IMG/VR virus record: IMGVR_UViG_3300033066_001236
DNA from: an uncultured virus (IMG/VR IMGVR_UViG_3300033066_001236)
Lineage: Duplodnaviria > Heunggongvirae > Uroviricota > Caudoviricetes
DNA: 64,000 bases
Direction: 5' to 3' (one strand)
Position 1 is the stretch's first letter; every line of letters begins with the position of its first letter. A program made the translations under genes and the position numbers. Of this stretch, positions 1 through 8,566 are shown piece after piece. The notes under the pieces were generated by a model. That model was not told the origin of the DNA. It did no database searches and worked only from the letters and a program-made list of their open reading frames with translations.

Positions 1-139
1 TAATATATATATATATAGACAAAGGCATCCCTCTCTTTTGCCCTAGTTTGGTGCATATTTCTAGTATTAGGGTTAACCCTAACCTTTTCCGCGAAATGAG
101 GTTTTTCCGTAAAGTAGGGCACTGTTTTTGGAAAAATCG

Positions 140-300
140 TGTCATTTTGTCAAAACTAACGAGAACGCCTTATTTTGTTAAACAAAACCCTTTGACAAAA
201 CTTTGACGGGAAAATGTCGTTTTGTCAAAAAGAAAGGGAATGCCTTATTTTTAGGATAAAAAGCGGTTTGTCAATTTGTCAAAGCAAAAACCCTTGACTA
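140..300. repeat. AT-rich non-coding region with TTTGTCAA/TTTGAC boxes in both orientations and a 37-bp imperfect direct repeat (140-176, 215-251); candidate replication origin
   Basis: TGTCaTTTTGTCAAAA-N11-GCCTTATTTT vs TGTCgTTTTGTCAAAA-N11-GCCTTATTTT; further boxes at ~191, 202, 267, 275; (TA)n run at the window start. Confidence 0.55.
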
Positions 301-345
301 AATCCGAATTTCGTCTAACATAGGAATACCTATGGAAAGAACCTG

Positions 346-645
346 ATGAAATTTCTACACCGCTTTACCCCAAGGGTCATAAGGGCCATCCTGATCATTT
401 TGGGTTTTGTTTTCGGCCTCCTGGCCTACTCTCTGGCTGCGTCGGCACCCTCTGACAAATCTCCTGTATTTACAAAGGTACCCGATAGTCACCTAGGAAC
501 TTACCCACCCTCTGGCAGCCCCCCGGGATTCTATCAATGGTGCAATACCTTGAGAGGGAAGGGGGCGGTTTCTCTTGCCTTGGACGATGTCACATTTATC
601 GTGGTCATAGACTGTCCTTCCGACATAAAAAAGACATGTGACTAA
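346..645 (+). CDS. hypothetical protein with N-terminal hydrophobic helix
   Basis: 99-aa ORF with signal/TM segment, followed by a hairpin at ~643-664. Confidence 0.65.
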   Translation: MKFLHRFTPRVIRAILIILGFVFGLLAYSLAASAPSDKSPVFTKVPDSHLGTYPPSGSPPGFYQWCNTLRGKGAVSLALDDVTFIVVIDCPSDIKKTCD

Positions 646-680
646 AAACCTGGCGTGTGCCAGGTAGTGCCCTTGACGGG

Positions 681-794
681 CTAGTCGTCGGGGAAACCCC
701 CAGCCATTTTCTTGTGGAGCCAGGTGAACAGCGAGATCAGGCCCCAGATCACCAGTCCGACCAGGAATAGGAAGATGAAGAAACCTTTGATCAT
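681..794 (-). CDS. 37-aa single-TM peptide (MIKGFFIFLFLVGLVIWGLISLFTWLHKKMAGGFPDD), not in the ORF track
   Basis: ATGA overlap with the stop of 791..1033; hydrophobic helix. Confidence 0.6.
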   Translation of the reverse strand: MIKGFFIFLFLVGLVIWGLISLFTWLHKKMAGGFPDD

Positions 795-1033
795 GGCACC
801 ATCACTATCTCGTATTTCTCTGGTAAGACCGTGTTGGCCTTAACGCTGGATATCCCCTGAGGGGTCTCCACCGCCACAGGCTTCCCCGTCAGACTGGACA
901 CATACACGATCGGCGTGTCCAAGACTTTGCTCACGGTGTGGAACAGGCTCAGGAACACCAGACCCGACACCAAGACCAGCAGTAGCCACCCCCACAGTTT
1001 TGCTGACGGGGGCTTTTTCTGTATAACCATCAC
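791..1033 (-). CDS. small membrane-anchored protein overlapping the 3' end of the transglycosylase gene
   Basis: basic N-terminus plus TM helix; coupled to 681..794. Confidence 0.6.
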   Translation of the reverse strand: MMVIQKKPPSAKLWGWLLLVLVSGLVFLSLFHTVSKVLDTPIVYVSSLTGKPVAVETPQGISSVKANTVLPEKYEIVMVP

Positions 1034-1451
1034 GAACCTCCAAGTACTTATTCCAGTACAAGTTTTTGAACCTACCTCGTTTGTAGTTAGTAGGACCAGC
1101 GTTATAGGCTATGACGGCAGCCTTTTCCGAACCCAAGAGTAAGTAGTAGCTTCTCAGCAAACTTACTCCGGATTGCATATTTAGGACCAAGTCGAATGGT
1201 CCCCTATTAACTTGCATTATCCCGTTAGAAATCCCATTCCTTGCTCGTGGCTTGTAATTGCTTTCTATGCACGCAACTGCAAGGATGTCCTCCAACTTAG
1301 GGAAATCAGCAAACGACAAGAGAGCCGCCAAGGCCACGACCTTGTCAGGCGGGGACTGGCACCTCGAGTTTGCGGGAAGTGATTGGCTTTCTACCGGAGA
1401 CGGAGAAAAGCTGGACAACAGAGCTGCCAGCAGTGTGGGTAACAGTTTCGT
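840..1451 (-). CDS. lytic transglycosylase (SLT family); start probably a near-cognate ACG/CTG at 1451/1454
   Basis: IESNY catalytic motif, GIMQV, AYNAGP; SD AAGGAG at 1461-1466; in-frame signal-like KLLPTLLAALLSS upstream of the track start (1418). Confidence 0.8.
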   Translation of the reverse strand, partial: TKLLPTLLAALLSSFSPSPVESQSLPANSRCQSPPDKVVALAALLSFADFPKLEDILAVACIESNYKPRARNGISNGIMQVNRGPFDLVLNMQSGVSLLRSYYLLLGSEKAAVIAYNAGPTNYKRGRFKNLYWNKYLEVRDGYTEKAPVSKTVGVATAGLGVGSGVPEPVPHREQSLGHADRVCVQSDGEACGGGDPSGDIQR

Positions 1452-1680
1452 CAGAGGGTTCTCCTTGAGCGTTTTCCTCGATCCAGCACTCGGCCATCTT
1501 GTGAACAGCCATGGTTACCACGCTGGTGTAGGGCTCTTCACAATGAAACCTGAACTCCGGATCGAGCTTGGCCGTTGCAAGAGTGCGGCCGATGCAAGCT
1601 ACGTGCTTGGGATTTCGAGGGTCAAATGTGACCATGTCTTTAGTCTTTAAAGGCATTGGGTACTCCTGAATGAAAGTCAA
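1345..1680 (-). CDS. hypothetical protein
   Basis: ORF directly downstream of the TGGTATAAG motif at 1702-1710. Confidence 0.65.
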   Translation of the reverse strand: MTFIQEYPMPLKTKDMVTFDPRNPKHVACIGRTLATAKLDPEFRFHCEEPYTSVVTMAVHKMAECWIEENAQGEPSDETVTHTAGSSVVQLFSVSGRKPITSRKLEVPVPA

Positions 1681-1701
1681 AGAAGGGTTCCTTGCACTTT
1701 C

Positions 1702-1710
1702 CTTATACCA
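1702..1710 (-). promoter_or_regulatory. TGGTATAAG putative early promoter
   Basis: motif recurs upstream of minus-strand units. Confidence 0.7.
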
Positions 1711-1748
1711 AATTAGGCTGGCATAGTTAATAAAGACAGACTATTATC

Positions 1749-3767
1749 TTAGTCTTCTACGGGTGAATCTTTTAGACTCCAAATGAAGTCTATCAAAATC
1801 TCTCGACTACATATCAATTTCTCCTCTAGCCTATCTGCAATACGTCTCTCGATCTTCGAATTCGTCAGAAGGAGCCAATATCGGCAGGGGCGGGTTTGAC
1901 CTATTCGGTGAATACGGTCTTGTTGCTGAAGGAAAACTTCAAGAGAGAAGTTTAGGGAATAGAAAATCTCGTCTGACACTAAAGGGTCAAAGTCTGGAAC
2001 AACGTCTACTTCTTCCGAGTCAGTTGTTCCCATGACGGTCACGCCGTAGTTGACCTTCTTAGCTTGAGCAACTAAAAACTGGTAGGAGGGGTTTTGGTTG
2101 AACTCATTAATGACGTCTCCCACGTCTTTAGTTGCTCCTGAGACAACCAGATATTTAATCGAATGACGATCGAGACCGTTTTTGATGATCTCCAATTCGG
2201 CTGACATATTAAACCAGATAATTGCGCGTCGATTTCGTTGACGATTACTATCCAGTCCTGTTCCGTCAGCTGCCCTTTGCTCACAACATCCCGAATCCAA
2301 GCTACGGGGAAAATCGCCCGAGTTCTCTCTATGGAGGATAAGTGAGTCAGGTTCGCCAGAATGTAGTCTAGGCCCTCGGTCGACATCTGATACGACGTCT
2401 GCAAGATGCGTTTCTCCGGAGCCCTGTCGAGTCTCTGCCTCACCGGTCCCTGAGTTGAATTCACTTGAAAAAATGAGAGAGATGAGTGCGTCAAGTTTAG
2501 GCTGTTTCGGGAATTCATAGGAGTGTCTACGTTCAGCCTCTCGTCGCGTACCCCCGTTAGCCACTCGCTCTGAAGATTTAGGAGGGGTCCTCTTGGAAGC
2601 GGCCATGTTTGGGGAATTTGAAGCAAAGAGCTCATTTAAACTTTCCTCTTCTTGATCTTTATAGTATATGAATCCGTTCGAGATCTGATTCAACTTTATG
2701 AGAACGGATAGTGGATTGTCGACTTCTATCTCCACCCCCTCCCCGGCCTCTGGCAGAGGCAAAAGGTAATTGGTGGCTAACTGAGAATAGCACTCTCTTT
2801 GTCTGTCCCCCATCTGAACATACTTTCTATAGAAAGTCTTGGGAGGGAGATCTTTCAACCACTCTTCTTTGGTCATTACGATGCCGCAGCTAGCTAGCAT
2901 CTCTTTTATCTCGGGGACTTTCCTATATCCGATGGTAATGAACCTGTTCTTCTGGCTCACTAAGGCGTACTCTTCCCGAAAACGGGAAAACGACTCCCCC
3001 ACTAAAGAGGGTTCAACAAACCTCAAGGGAGCAAAAACATCCAGCGGAGAGTTGTTAACCAGAGTCCCTGACATGACAGACCTGTAAGGTATGCCTCTGG
3101 AAAGCTTTGTAAGGGCCTTGGTTCGCTCCGTTGCGGGATTCTTAATCAACCCCTCATCCACAGCTATGAAATCGCTCTGGAGGCCTTTTAGAGACCCTGC
3201 CAGGCTAACAGCCTTGTCGTAGTTGACTACGACTAAATCGGCGGCTGTAGCGGCGTCCCGTTCCTTCTCCCAGTCAGTGGTCTTCACCACATAGACGGAA
3301 AGCTCGGGCCTATGTTTGAGAGTTTCTTCTACCCAGACAAACATCAGGGATTTGGGGCAGACGATTAGAGACTTCTTGAACTTCATTAACCAAATGTAGT
3401 CCAGCGTCTCTTTCGTCTTACCTAGCCCAGGTTGACTTAGATTCAGGAAGTTCCCAAATGTGTATGCAAACCTTAAGGCAATCAATTGATGCTTAAGGGG
3501 AGCTGTGTGAAACTTAAAGTCGGCCGGGATTTGGCGTATTTCGATTGGATCTTCGATCAATCGCTTTATCTCAGCACTATACCTTATGTTTTTGAACCTG
3601 CTGGACAACCGAGTGTACAGGTTGTAAAAAACGTTATGTTTATTGGGGCAGAAAAAAGTTAAACCTTCTCTCAGCAAACCTGGAAACGCAGTAAGCTTCT
3701 TTCGTTCTAAAGGGTTTTCTGGGCTAAAGAGAATGAACTCTTTGTTGGCGGAATGAACGATGATCAC
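1749..3767 (-). CDS. SNF2-family helicase/ATPase with a low-complexity insertion
   Basis: PGLGKT Walker A, VDEG, SGT motif III, QQQDRIHRIGQ motif VI. Confidence 0.9.
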   Translation of the reverse strand: MIIVHSANKEFILFSPENPLERKKLTAFPGLLREGLTFFCPNKHNVFYNLYTRLSSRFKNIRYSAEIKRLIEDPIEIRQIPADFKFHTAPLKHQLIALRFAYTFGNFLNLSQPGLGKTKETLDYIWLMKFKKSLIVCPKSLMFVWVEETLKHRPELSVYVVKTTDWEKERDAATAADLVVVNYDKAVSLAGSLKGLQSDFIAVDEGLIKNPATERTKALTKLSRGIPYRSVMSGTLVNNSPLDVFAPLRFVEPSLVGESFSRFREEYALVSQKNRFITIGYRKVPEIKEMLASCGIVMTKEEWLKDLPPKTFYRKYVQMGDRQRECYSQLATNYLLPLPEAGEGVEIEVDNPLSVLIKLNQISNGFIYYKDQEEESLNELFASNSPNMAASKRTPPKSSERVANGGTRREAERRHSYEFPKQPKLDALISLIFSSEFNSGTGEAETRQGSGETHLADVVSDVDRGPRLHSGEPDSLILHRENSGDFPRSLDSGCCEQRAADGTGLDSNRQRNRRAIIWFNMSAELEIIKNGLDRHSIKYLVVSGATKDVGDVINEFNQNPSYQFLVAQAKKVNYGVTVMGTTDSEEVDVVPDFDPLVSDEIFYSLNFSLEVFLQQQDRIHRIGQTRPCRYWLLLTNSKIERRIADRLEEKLICSREILIDFIWSLKDSPVED

Positions 3768-4687
3768 AACACTATGACCCCGCTAAATTCGGTGTCTCGT
3801 TCATCTCGGAACCTTAGCATCACAGGGTGTCTTGGTAGCAAATCCGTGGGCGGCATAAAGTAGTATTGCACTATTTTACCCAAGTATGAGCTTTTGTTCT
3901 CCCAGATATGCTTTCTTAACTCTTTAGTTAAGCCCTGCCCGGTACCGATGCGTATCGGTAAACCGGTGTACAGGTCTTCTAGGATTAAGGTGCCTAGAGT
4001 GTTCGCCCCCACCTTGTTCCTAGCGGAGCTACTACGAAAGGTTCTACCCAACTCATTTACTAAAGCAGGGTTGTTGTTGATCATCAGCTCTTCAAACCCT
4101 ACAATTCTTCCTTCTGAATCCTGGTAGGGTTTTAACTTCATCAGATACCCTTCGGCGTCAGTACTCCGCCCAAACTTGTAGGGAGAGTCCAGCTTCCGAA
4201 TCATGGTCCCTTCCCATTTCTCCTCTCGGAAGGCTTCGTCACAGGCCACGATCTCATCCCAAGAAGAACATATGAAAATGGGGACTTTGAGTAGAAAGGG
4301 GAACTTGGAGCCGTGCTTGTCAAACCACTCACACAGTTCGTAGTTACGGTCTAGCCAGGGCGTGGAGTCGTACTTGATGAGGTCGAAAACCAGATACGAA
4401 AAGTTAGGGGTCCCCTCGTGACTCATAATGGCACTGGTCGTCTTTACAAAAGCTTCTGACCCCGTGGCCGCAGATCCTATAAGCTCCCCGTCCATACCCT
4501 TAAATAGAGGGTTGCTTAACACCTCTCGTACGTGATGATTTGGAACCTGCTTGAGACTACGAGTCAGAGGGATGCCCTCCGGTATGCAGCAACGAATACC
4601 GTCGATCTTAGGAGAAACTGCTACCGGACATTTGGTGTTTTCCCGAGTAGCTTTTCCAGCCAACAACGGCCTAAACGATTGTGTCAT
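3764..4687 (-). CDS. ATP-dependent DNA ligase
   Basis: SPKIDGIRC (KxDG), MDGEL, VFD, EGTMIR, MKLKP, PRHPV motifs. Confidence 0.92.
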   Translation of the reverse strand: MTQSFRPLLAGKATRENTKCPVAVSPKIDGIRCCIPEGIPLTRSLKQVPNHHVREVLSNPLFKGMDGELIGSAATGSEAFVKTTSAIMSHEGTPNFSYLVFDLIKYDSTPWLDRNYELCEWFDKHGSKFPFLLKVPIFICSSWDEIVACDEAFREEKWEGTMIRKLDSPYKFGRSTDAEGYLMKLKPYQDSEGRIVGFEELMINNNPALVNELGRTFRSSSARNKVGANTLGTLILEDLYTGLPIRIGTGQGLTKELRKHIWENKSSYLGKIVQYYFMPPTDLLPRHPVMLRFRDERDTEFSGVIVL

Positions 4688-5180
4688 CTTCTCGATTTCC
4701 TGTTATGAATTCTTCGCCGTCGCTAAAAATGAGCGCTGCCGCAAGCCCTCTTCCTTTTACTGAACTAGCAATGTCAAGTGCTTGGTCTATAGACTCACAA
4801 TTTAGCACTACTACGTCGCTATACAATTCTTTTAGGCGAGGGGCGGGTACTAGACTCACCAGGGATCTAGGCGTTAGGTCTAAGGAGGTGTCATACAAAA
4901 CTACAAAGATGCCAGACCTTAGGCTTATCCTGGCCCAGCTCTTGAGAACTTCGCCGTAGCTAACCCCTCTAACCTTAGAGACTAAGGCTCGGGCCTGCAA
5001 ACGATCTTCACCCAGGCGTAACCAGTAATCTCGGAAATGCTTAAATGAAAAACCGAAGCCGTACGAGTAAAAAGGGGCCTCCGCCCTTGTACTGGATCTT
5101 AGCCAAAACCAACACTGCCAGAGTATCAAGTCGTTGTTGTAGGAGAAGGTGATACCCTCTCTGCTTATGGATAGGTGCAT
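4671..5180 (-). CDS. hypothetical protein
   Basis: 169-aa ORF in operon with the ligase. Confidence 0.65.
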   Translation of the reverse strand: MHLSISREGITFSYNNDLILWQCWFWLRSSTRAEAPFYSYGFGFSFKHFRDYWLRLGEDRLQARALVSKVRGVSYGEVLKSWARISLRSGIFVVLYDTSLDLTPRSLVSLVPAPRLKELYSDVVVLNCESIDQALDIASSVKGRGLAAALIFSDGEEFITGNREDDTIV

Positions 5181-5182
5181 AG

Positions 5183-5527
5183 TTATAACTTTTTGTTTAG
5201 GTCATCACAAAACTGATAGATATCCCTTAGAACAAAAGCTAATTCTTTTGCTTGGTCATCTGTGAGTGACCCCATAGGAGACATTTGATTCAAAACCAGG
5301 CCTACCCTGACACCATAAGACCCCAGAGTCTCGGCGTACGCGGTCAGTTTGCGATCAGAGATCTTCTTCCCTACGAGTTCCACTAGTTGCTCTATTTGTT
5401 GTACAAACGAGTTTTTAACTAGAGGCCTTTCATGTAGGTACTGAAGTTCACGAGTGGGGACATAAGAATCGTCCCCTTGTAAAAAATTCCGTATTTGAAC
5501 GTTATCTTCGATTGTCAGGTTTAGCAT
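5183..5527 (-). CDS. hypothetical protein
   Basis: 114-aa ORF; TGGTATAC promoter variant at 5551-5558. Confidence 0.7.
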   Translation of the reverse strand: MLNLTIEDNVQIRNFLQGDDSYVPTRELQYLHERPLVKNSFVQQIEQLVELVGKKISDRKLTAYAETLGSYGVRVGLVLNQMSPMGSLTDDQAKELAFVLRDIYQFCDDLNKKL

Positions 5528-5597
5528 TATAGGCCCGCTTAAAAAATATAGTATACCACAATTGGCTAAGGAAAGGGCCGCGGGGGCCCTTTACTCC

Positions 5598-5771
5598 TTA
5601 CGCAGGAGTCGCGTTGGCGGTGGCGTCAGATTGACGCTTGCTCTTGACCACAGCCGTGGCAACGGCAGCTGCCATCAGCACGCCGACGGCACTGAGTTTC
5701 TTGGGGTGGGCCTTGACGAAGTTGGTCGTCTTGTTGGCGGCAGACTTGATGGCGGTTGTGAACTTGTTCAT
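5598..5771 (-). CDS. 57-aa basic single-TM protein (MNKFTTAIKSAANK...), not in the ORF track
   Basis: SD AGGAG; promoter motif at 5833-5841; hairpin at ~5568-5592. Confidence 0.7.
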   Translation of the reverse strand: MNKFTTAIKSAANKTTNFVKAHPKKLSAVGVLMAAAVATAVVKSKRQSDATANATPA

Positions 5772-5832
5772 TTCGAAGACTCCTAAAAGTGTTGAACATG
5801 TATTAGATCAACCATTGATCCTCTACAAAACA

Positions 5833-5841
5833 CTTATACCA
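5833..5841 (-). promoter_or_regulatory. TGGTATAAG putative early promoter
   Basis: recurrent motif. Confidence 0.7.
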
Positions 5842-5913
5842 ATTCGCGCATCAAGTATCTAACTTTTGTAGGCAAAAAAAGACCCCGAAGGATCTTTTAG
5901 GCCAGGCCCAGAC

Positions 5914-6465
5914 TTACATCTGGTTACCGGCCGTGGTGTGGTTCTGCTGCGAACTCTTGCGGTCACGCAGGGTATTGACCCCGGCGAGACCCAAGGCCCC
6001 GATCAGCATGCCGGCGACAACGCCCAGCTTGCCACGGTTGTTGCCAATCCAGCCGCCGACCTTCTCGGCCTTCTTGTGGATTTCCTTGTCCGCTTGGGTC
6101 TGCGCGTTGTTTGCGTCGGCTTCGTTTGCTTGGTTTGCTTGGTTCATGAAAGACTCCTGATGTGATGATGATGCACCTTCCGGTGCGGAACGAGCGGGAG
6201 AGACGTCATCTCTTCCACTTGACTTATACCCGTTCGTAGGACCGGAATCTAATCCTGCCCTACGAAAACGAGTAACGACCTTGCCTTTTACGGCGCGGTC
6301 CCTTGCTCTGAAACAGGGGTCAAGGTTGACCTGCATTTCTGACTCGGCAAACTCTTCCATTGCCCTGGCCAGCTGGTCAGCTATGCTTCCCTTGTTTGGT
6401 CCCGGTTTTCCACTTCGTGCTACTGTCATAAAGGCCTCCGTATAAAGCTTATACCAAAACACCAT
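5914..6465 (-). CDS. membrane protein; probably two in-frame starts (~6429 MTVARS and 6147 MNQANQ)
   Basis: SD AGGAG before 6147; promoter motifs at 6223-6230 and 6448-6456; C-terminal TM helix. Confidence 0.6.
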   Translation of the reverse strand: MVFWYKLYTEAFMTVARSGKPGPNKGSIADQLARAMEEFAESEMQVNLDPCFRARDRAVKGKVVTRFRRAGLDSGPTNGYKSSGRDDVSPARSAPEGASSSHQESFMNQANQANEADANNAQTQADKEIHKKAEKVGGWIGNNRGKLGVVAGMLIGALGLAGVNTLRDRKSSQQNHTTAGNQM

Positions 6466-6509
6466 TCGGCTCTTTAACTTGACATGTGGCTACAGTACCC
6501 GTTAAAATA
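6448..6509. promoter_or_regulatory. divergent promoter pair: TGGTATAAG (minus, 6448-6456) and TAAAATA (plus, 6503-6509)
   Basis: same pairing at 13589/13643, 40944/40970 and 54224/54252. Confidence 0.7.
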
Positions 6510-6533
6510 TACAAATAAACACTAGGATGATTA

Positions 6534-8297
6534 ATGGATAACTTGATGCCTTCCCTACCCCTGACAGCCGGAGCAGGGCAACAACCCAACCCCTGGTTTA
6601 CCGTAGCTAACCAGTTCGTGCCGAGAAACCTGCACGATGTAATTCGGTGGGCCAGGTACATCACAATCCAGTCCCCAACTACCTCTGAGGTCATACGAAA
6701 GCTGGCCACGTACCCTATTACAGACTTTGTAGTTGATACTGAACACCTCGCCCTTAAAGCCAGATACGAACACGTAATTCAATCACTTAAACTTAAGGAA
6801 GTTTTACAAGACGCCGGGTTTGAATTTTTTACCATCGGTAACGTATTTCTTTCCCTATACTTCCCCATCATCAGACAACTGGCGTGTCCTACCTGCGGCA
6901 CCACCTATGCCGCAAAAACTGCCAAGTGGGCTGTGTTCAAGCAGTGGGAGTATCACGGGGAATGCCCTATCTGTCGTTATAAGGGAGTCTTCCGCAGAAT
7001 CGATAGTAAGTCGTCGTCCATTGATGACATGAACCTGGTTAAGTGGACCCCGGAACACATACTCGTCAACCACAACCCCATAACTGGAGAGAGCGAGTAC
7101 TACTACAAGATCCCAAATGCTATTAAGCTTAAGATTCAAAAGGGAGACAGACTATTCGTTGACACGATCCCCTGGTCTTTCGTAACAGCAGTGAGAAACA
7201 ACCAGGATTTCAAGTTTGATAAAGGCAGTCTCTTCCACCTTAGAAATGTCTCGTCTGGGGGAACAGTGGAGGGAATAGCCGTGCCTCCGCTTCTGTCCCT
7301 GTTTAGCCTAGTCTTCTACCAAGCTACTCTACGCAAAGCGAATGAAGCTATTGCTACGGAATACTTGAACCCTCTGCGGGTGGTGTTTCCCCAAGCCCAG
7401 ACAGGTAATTCTGACCCGGTAGTAAGCATGAGCCTGAGAAACTTCCGTTCTAACATGGAGGATGCTCTGCGTCGACATAAACAGGATAAGAACCATATCG
7501 TTATTGCCCCCGTTCCCGTAGGCTATCAAGCCTTAGGGGGAGACGGTCGCAATCTTCTCGTGGCTCAGGAAATCTTACAAGCGGAAGAGAGCATTCTCTT
7601 ATCGCTCGGGGTTTCCAGAGAACTGTTAAGTGGCACCACTAACTGGACTAGTTCAAGCGTAGGTCTTCGGATGATGGAAAACCTATTGACATCATACGTA
7701 TCCAGAATTCAGGATCTAATTAACTGGATTACCTCTCGAGTTGCTGGATACCTGTCGATGGAGCCGGTGGACGTCAGTATGGTTCCCTTCAAACTGTTAG
7801 ACGACGACAACCTGAAAAGTCTTATGTTGCAACTGGTGCAACTGGGTAAAGCGTCTGAGAAAACCCTTTTCGAAGAGTTGGGGCTTGACTGGAACGACGA
7901 GCAGGATAGAATCAAAGAAGAGCTCGTTACCCGTTCTAGACTACAAGTGGAGTCTCAGTACGAAGCCGATCAGGCTCAGTTTGTTGCCGCCAAGAAGGCG
8001 GGAGAAGAGATGGAAGGAAACGAGGAGTACAAGAATATGCTTTCCAAAGCTCAAGAAGTGGCCGAGAGCTTGTACCAAGCCGACGATGGAACTAGACGAA
8101 GCTACCTGGCTGAACTCCGAATTGAGGATTATTCTCTATACCTAATGGTTTCAAAACTGCTTGACGAAGCTCATTCTTCGGAAGAGCACCAACAGGGCGT
8201 ACAAGCGGGCAAACAGGCCCTTAAGAATGAACACGCTCAGAAGGGACTGGCTCCCGGTCAACCTTCCCCCACCGGTCCCACTAACCCTAACCAGTAA
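6534..8297 (+). CDS. probable portal protein with a CxxC...CxxC zinc-ribbon insertion
   Basis: 587 aa, first gene of the late block, portal-like LSLGVSRELL segment; call rests on size and position. Confidence 0.55.
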   Translation: MDNLMPSLPLTAGAGQQPNPWFTVANQFVPRNLHDVIRWARYITIQSPTTSEVIRKLATYPITDFVVDTEHLALKARYEHVIQSLKLKEVLQDAGFEFFTIGNVFLSLYFPIIRQLACPTCGTTYAAKTAKWAVFKQWEYHGECPICRYKGVFRRIDSKSSSIDDMNLVKWTPEHILVNHNPITGESEYYYKIPNAIKLKIQKGDRLFVDTIPWSFVTAVRNNQDFKFDKGSLFHLRNVSSGGTVEGIAVPPLLSLFSLVFYQATLRKANEAIATEYLNPLRVVFPQAQTGNSDPVVSMSLRNFRSNMEDALRRHKQDKNHIVIAPVPVGYQALGGDGRNLLVAQEILQAEESILLSLGVSRELLSGTTNWTSSSVGLRMMENLLTSYVSRIQDLINWITSRVAGYLSMEPVDVSMVPFKLLDDDNLKSLMLQLVQLGKASEKTLFEELGLDWNDEQDRIKEELVTRSRLQVESQYEADQAQFVAAKKAGEEMEGNEEYKNMLSKAQEVAESLYQADDGTRRSYLAELRIEDYSLYLMVSKLLDEAHSSEEHQQGVQAGKQALKNEHAQKGLAPGQPSPTGPTNPNQ

Positions 8298-8303
8298 ACT
8301 TAT

Positions 8304-8564
8304 ATGTTCCCTTCAATCGTAACAAACGAACTTTCTCTGCCAGCCATGGCCCCTTCTCAGCAATCCAGGACTGGACTGGAAGGGTACACCATTAAGTACA
8401 TAAAAGCGGATATGGATGACCTCGCCGCTATGTCGGAGCTTCAAACCATCCTTACCCAAGGTCTGACCGGTTCAGGAGAAATCGTCATTCTGGACCGAGA
8501 CAAATTTACGTTTATGGACAGAATGTTTCTGATAGTAAACTATGCAGAGAAAAACCCGGATTAA
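8304..8564 (+). CDS. hypothetical protein
   Basis: ORF tightly packed between the probable portal and RNAP. Confidence 0.7.
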   Translation: MFPSIVTNELSLPAMAPSQQSRTGLEGYTIKYIKADMDDLAAMSELQTILTQGLTGSGEIVILDRDKFTFMDRMFLIVNYAEKNPD

Positions 8565-8566
8565 GC

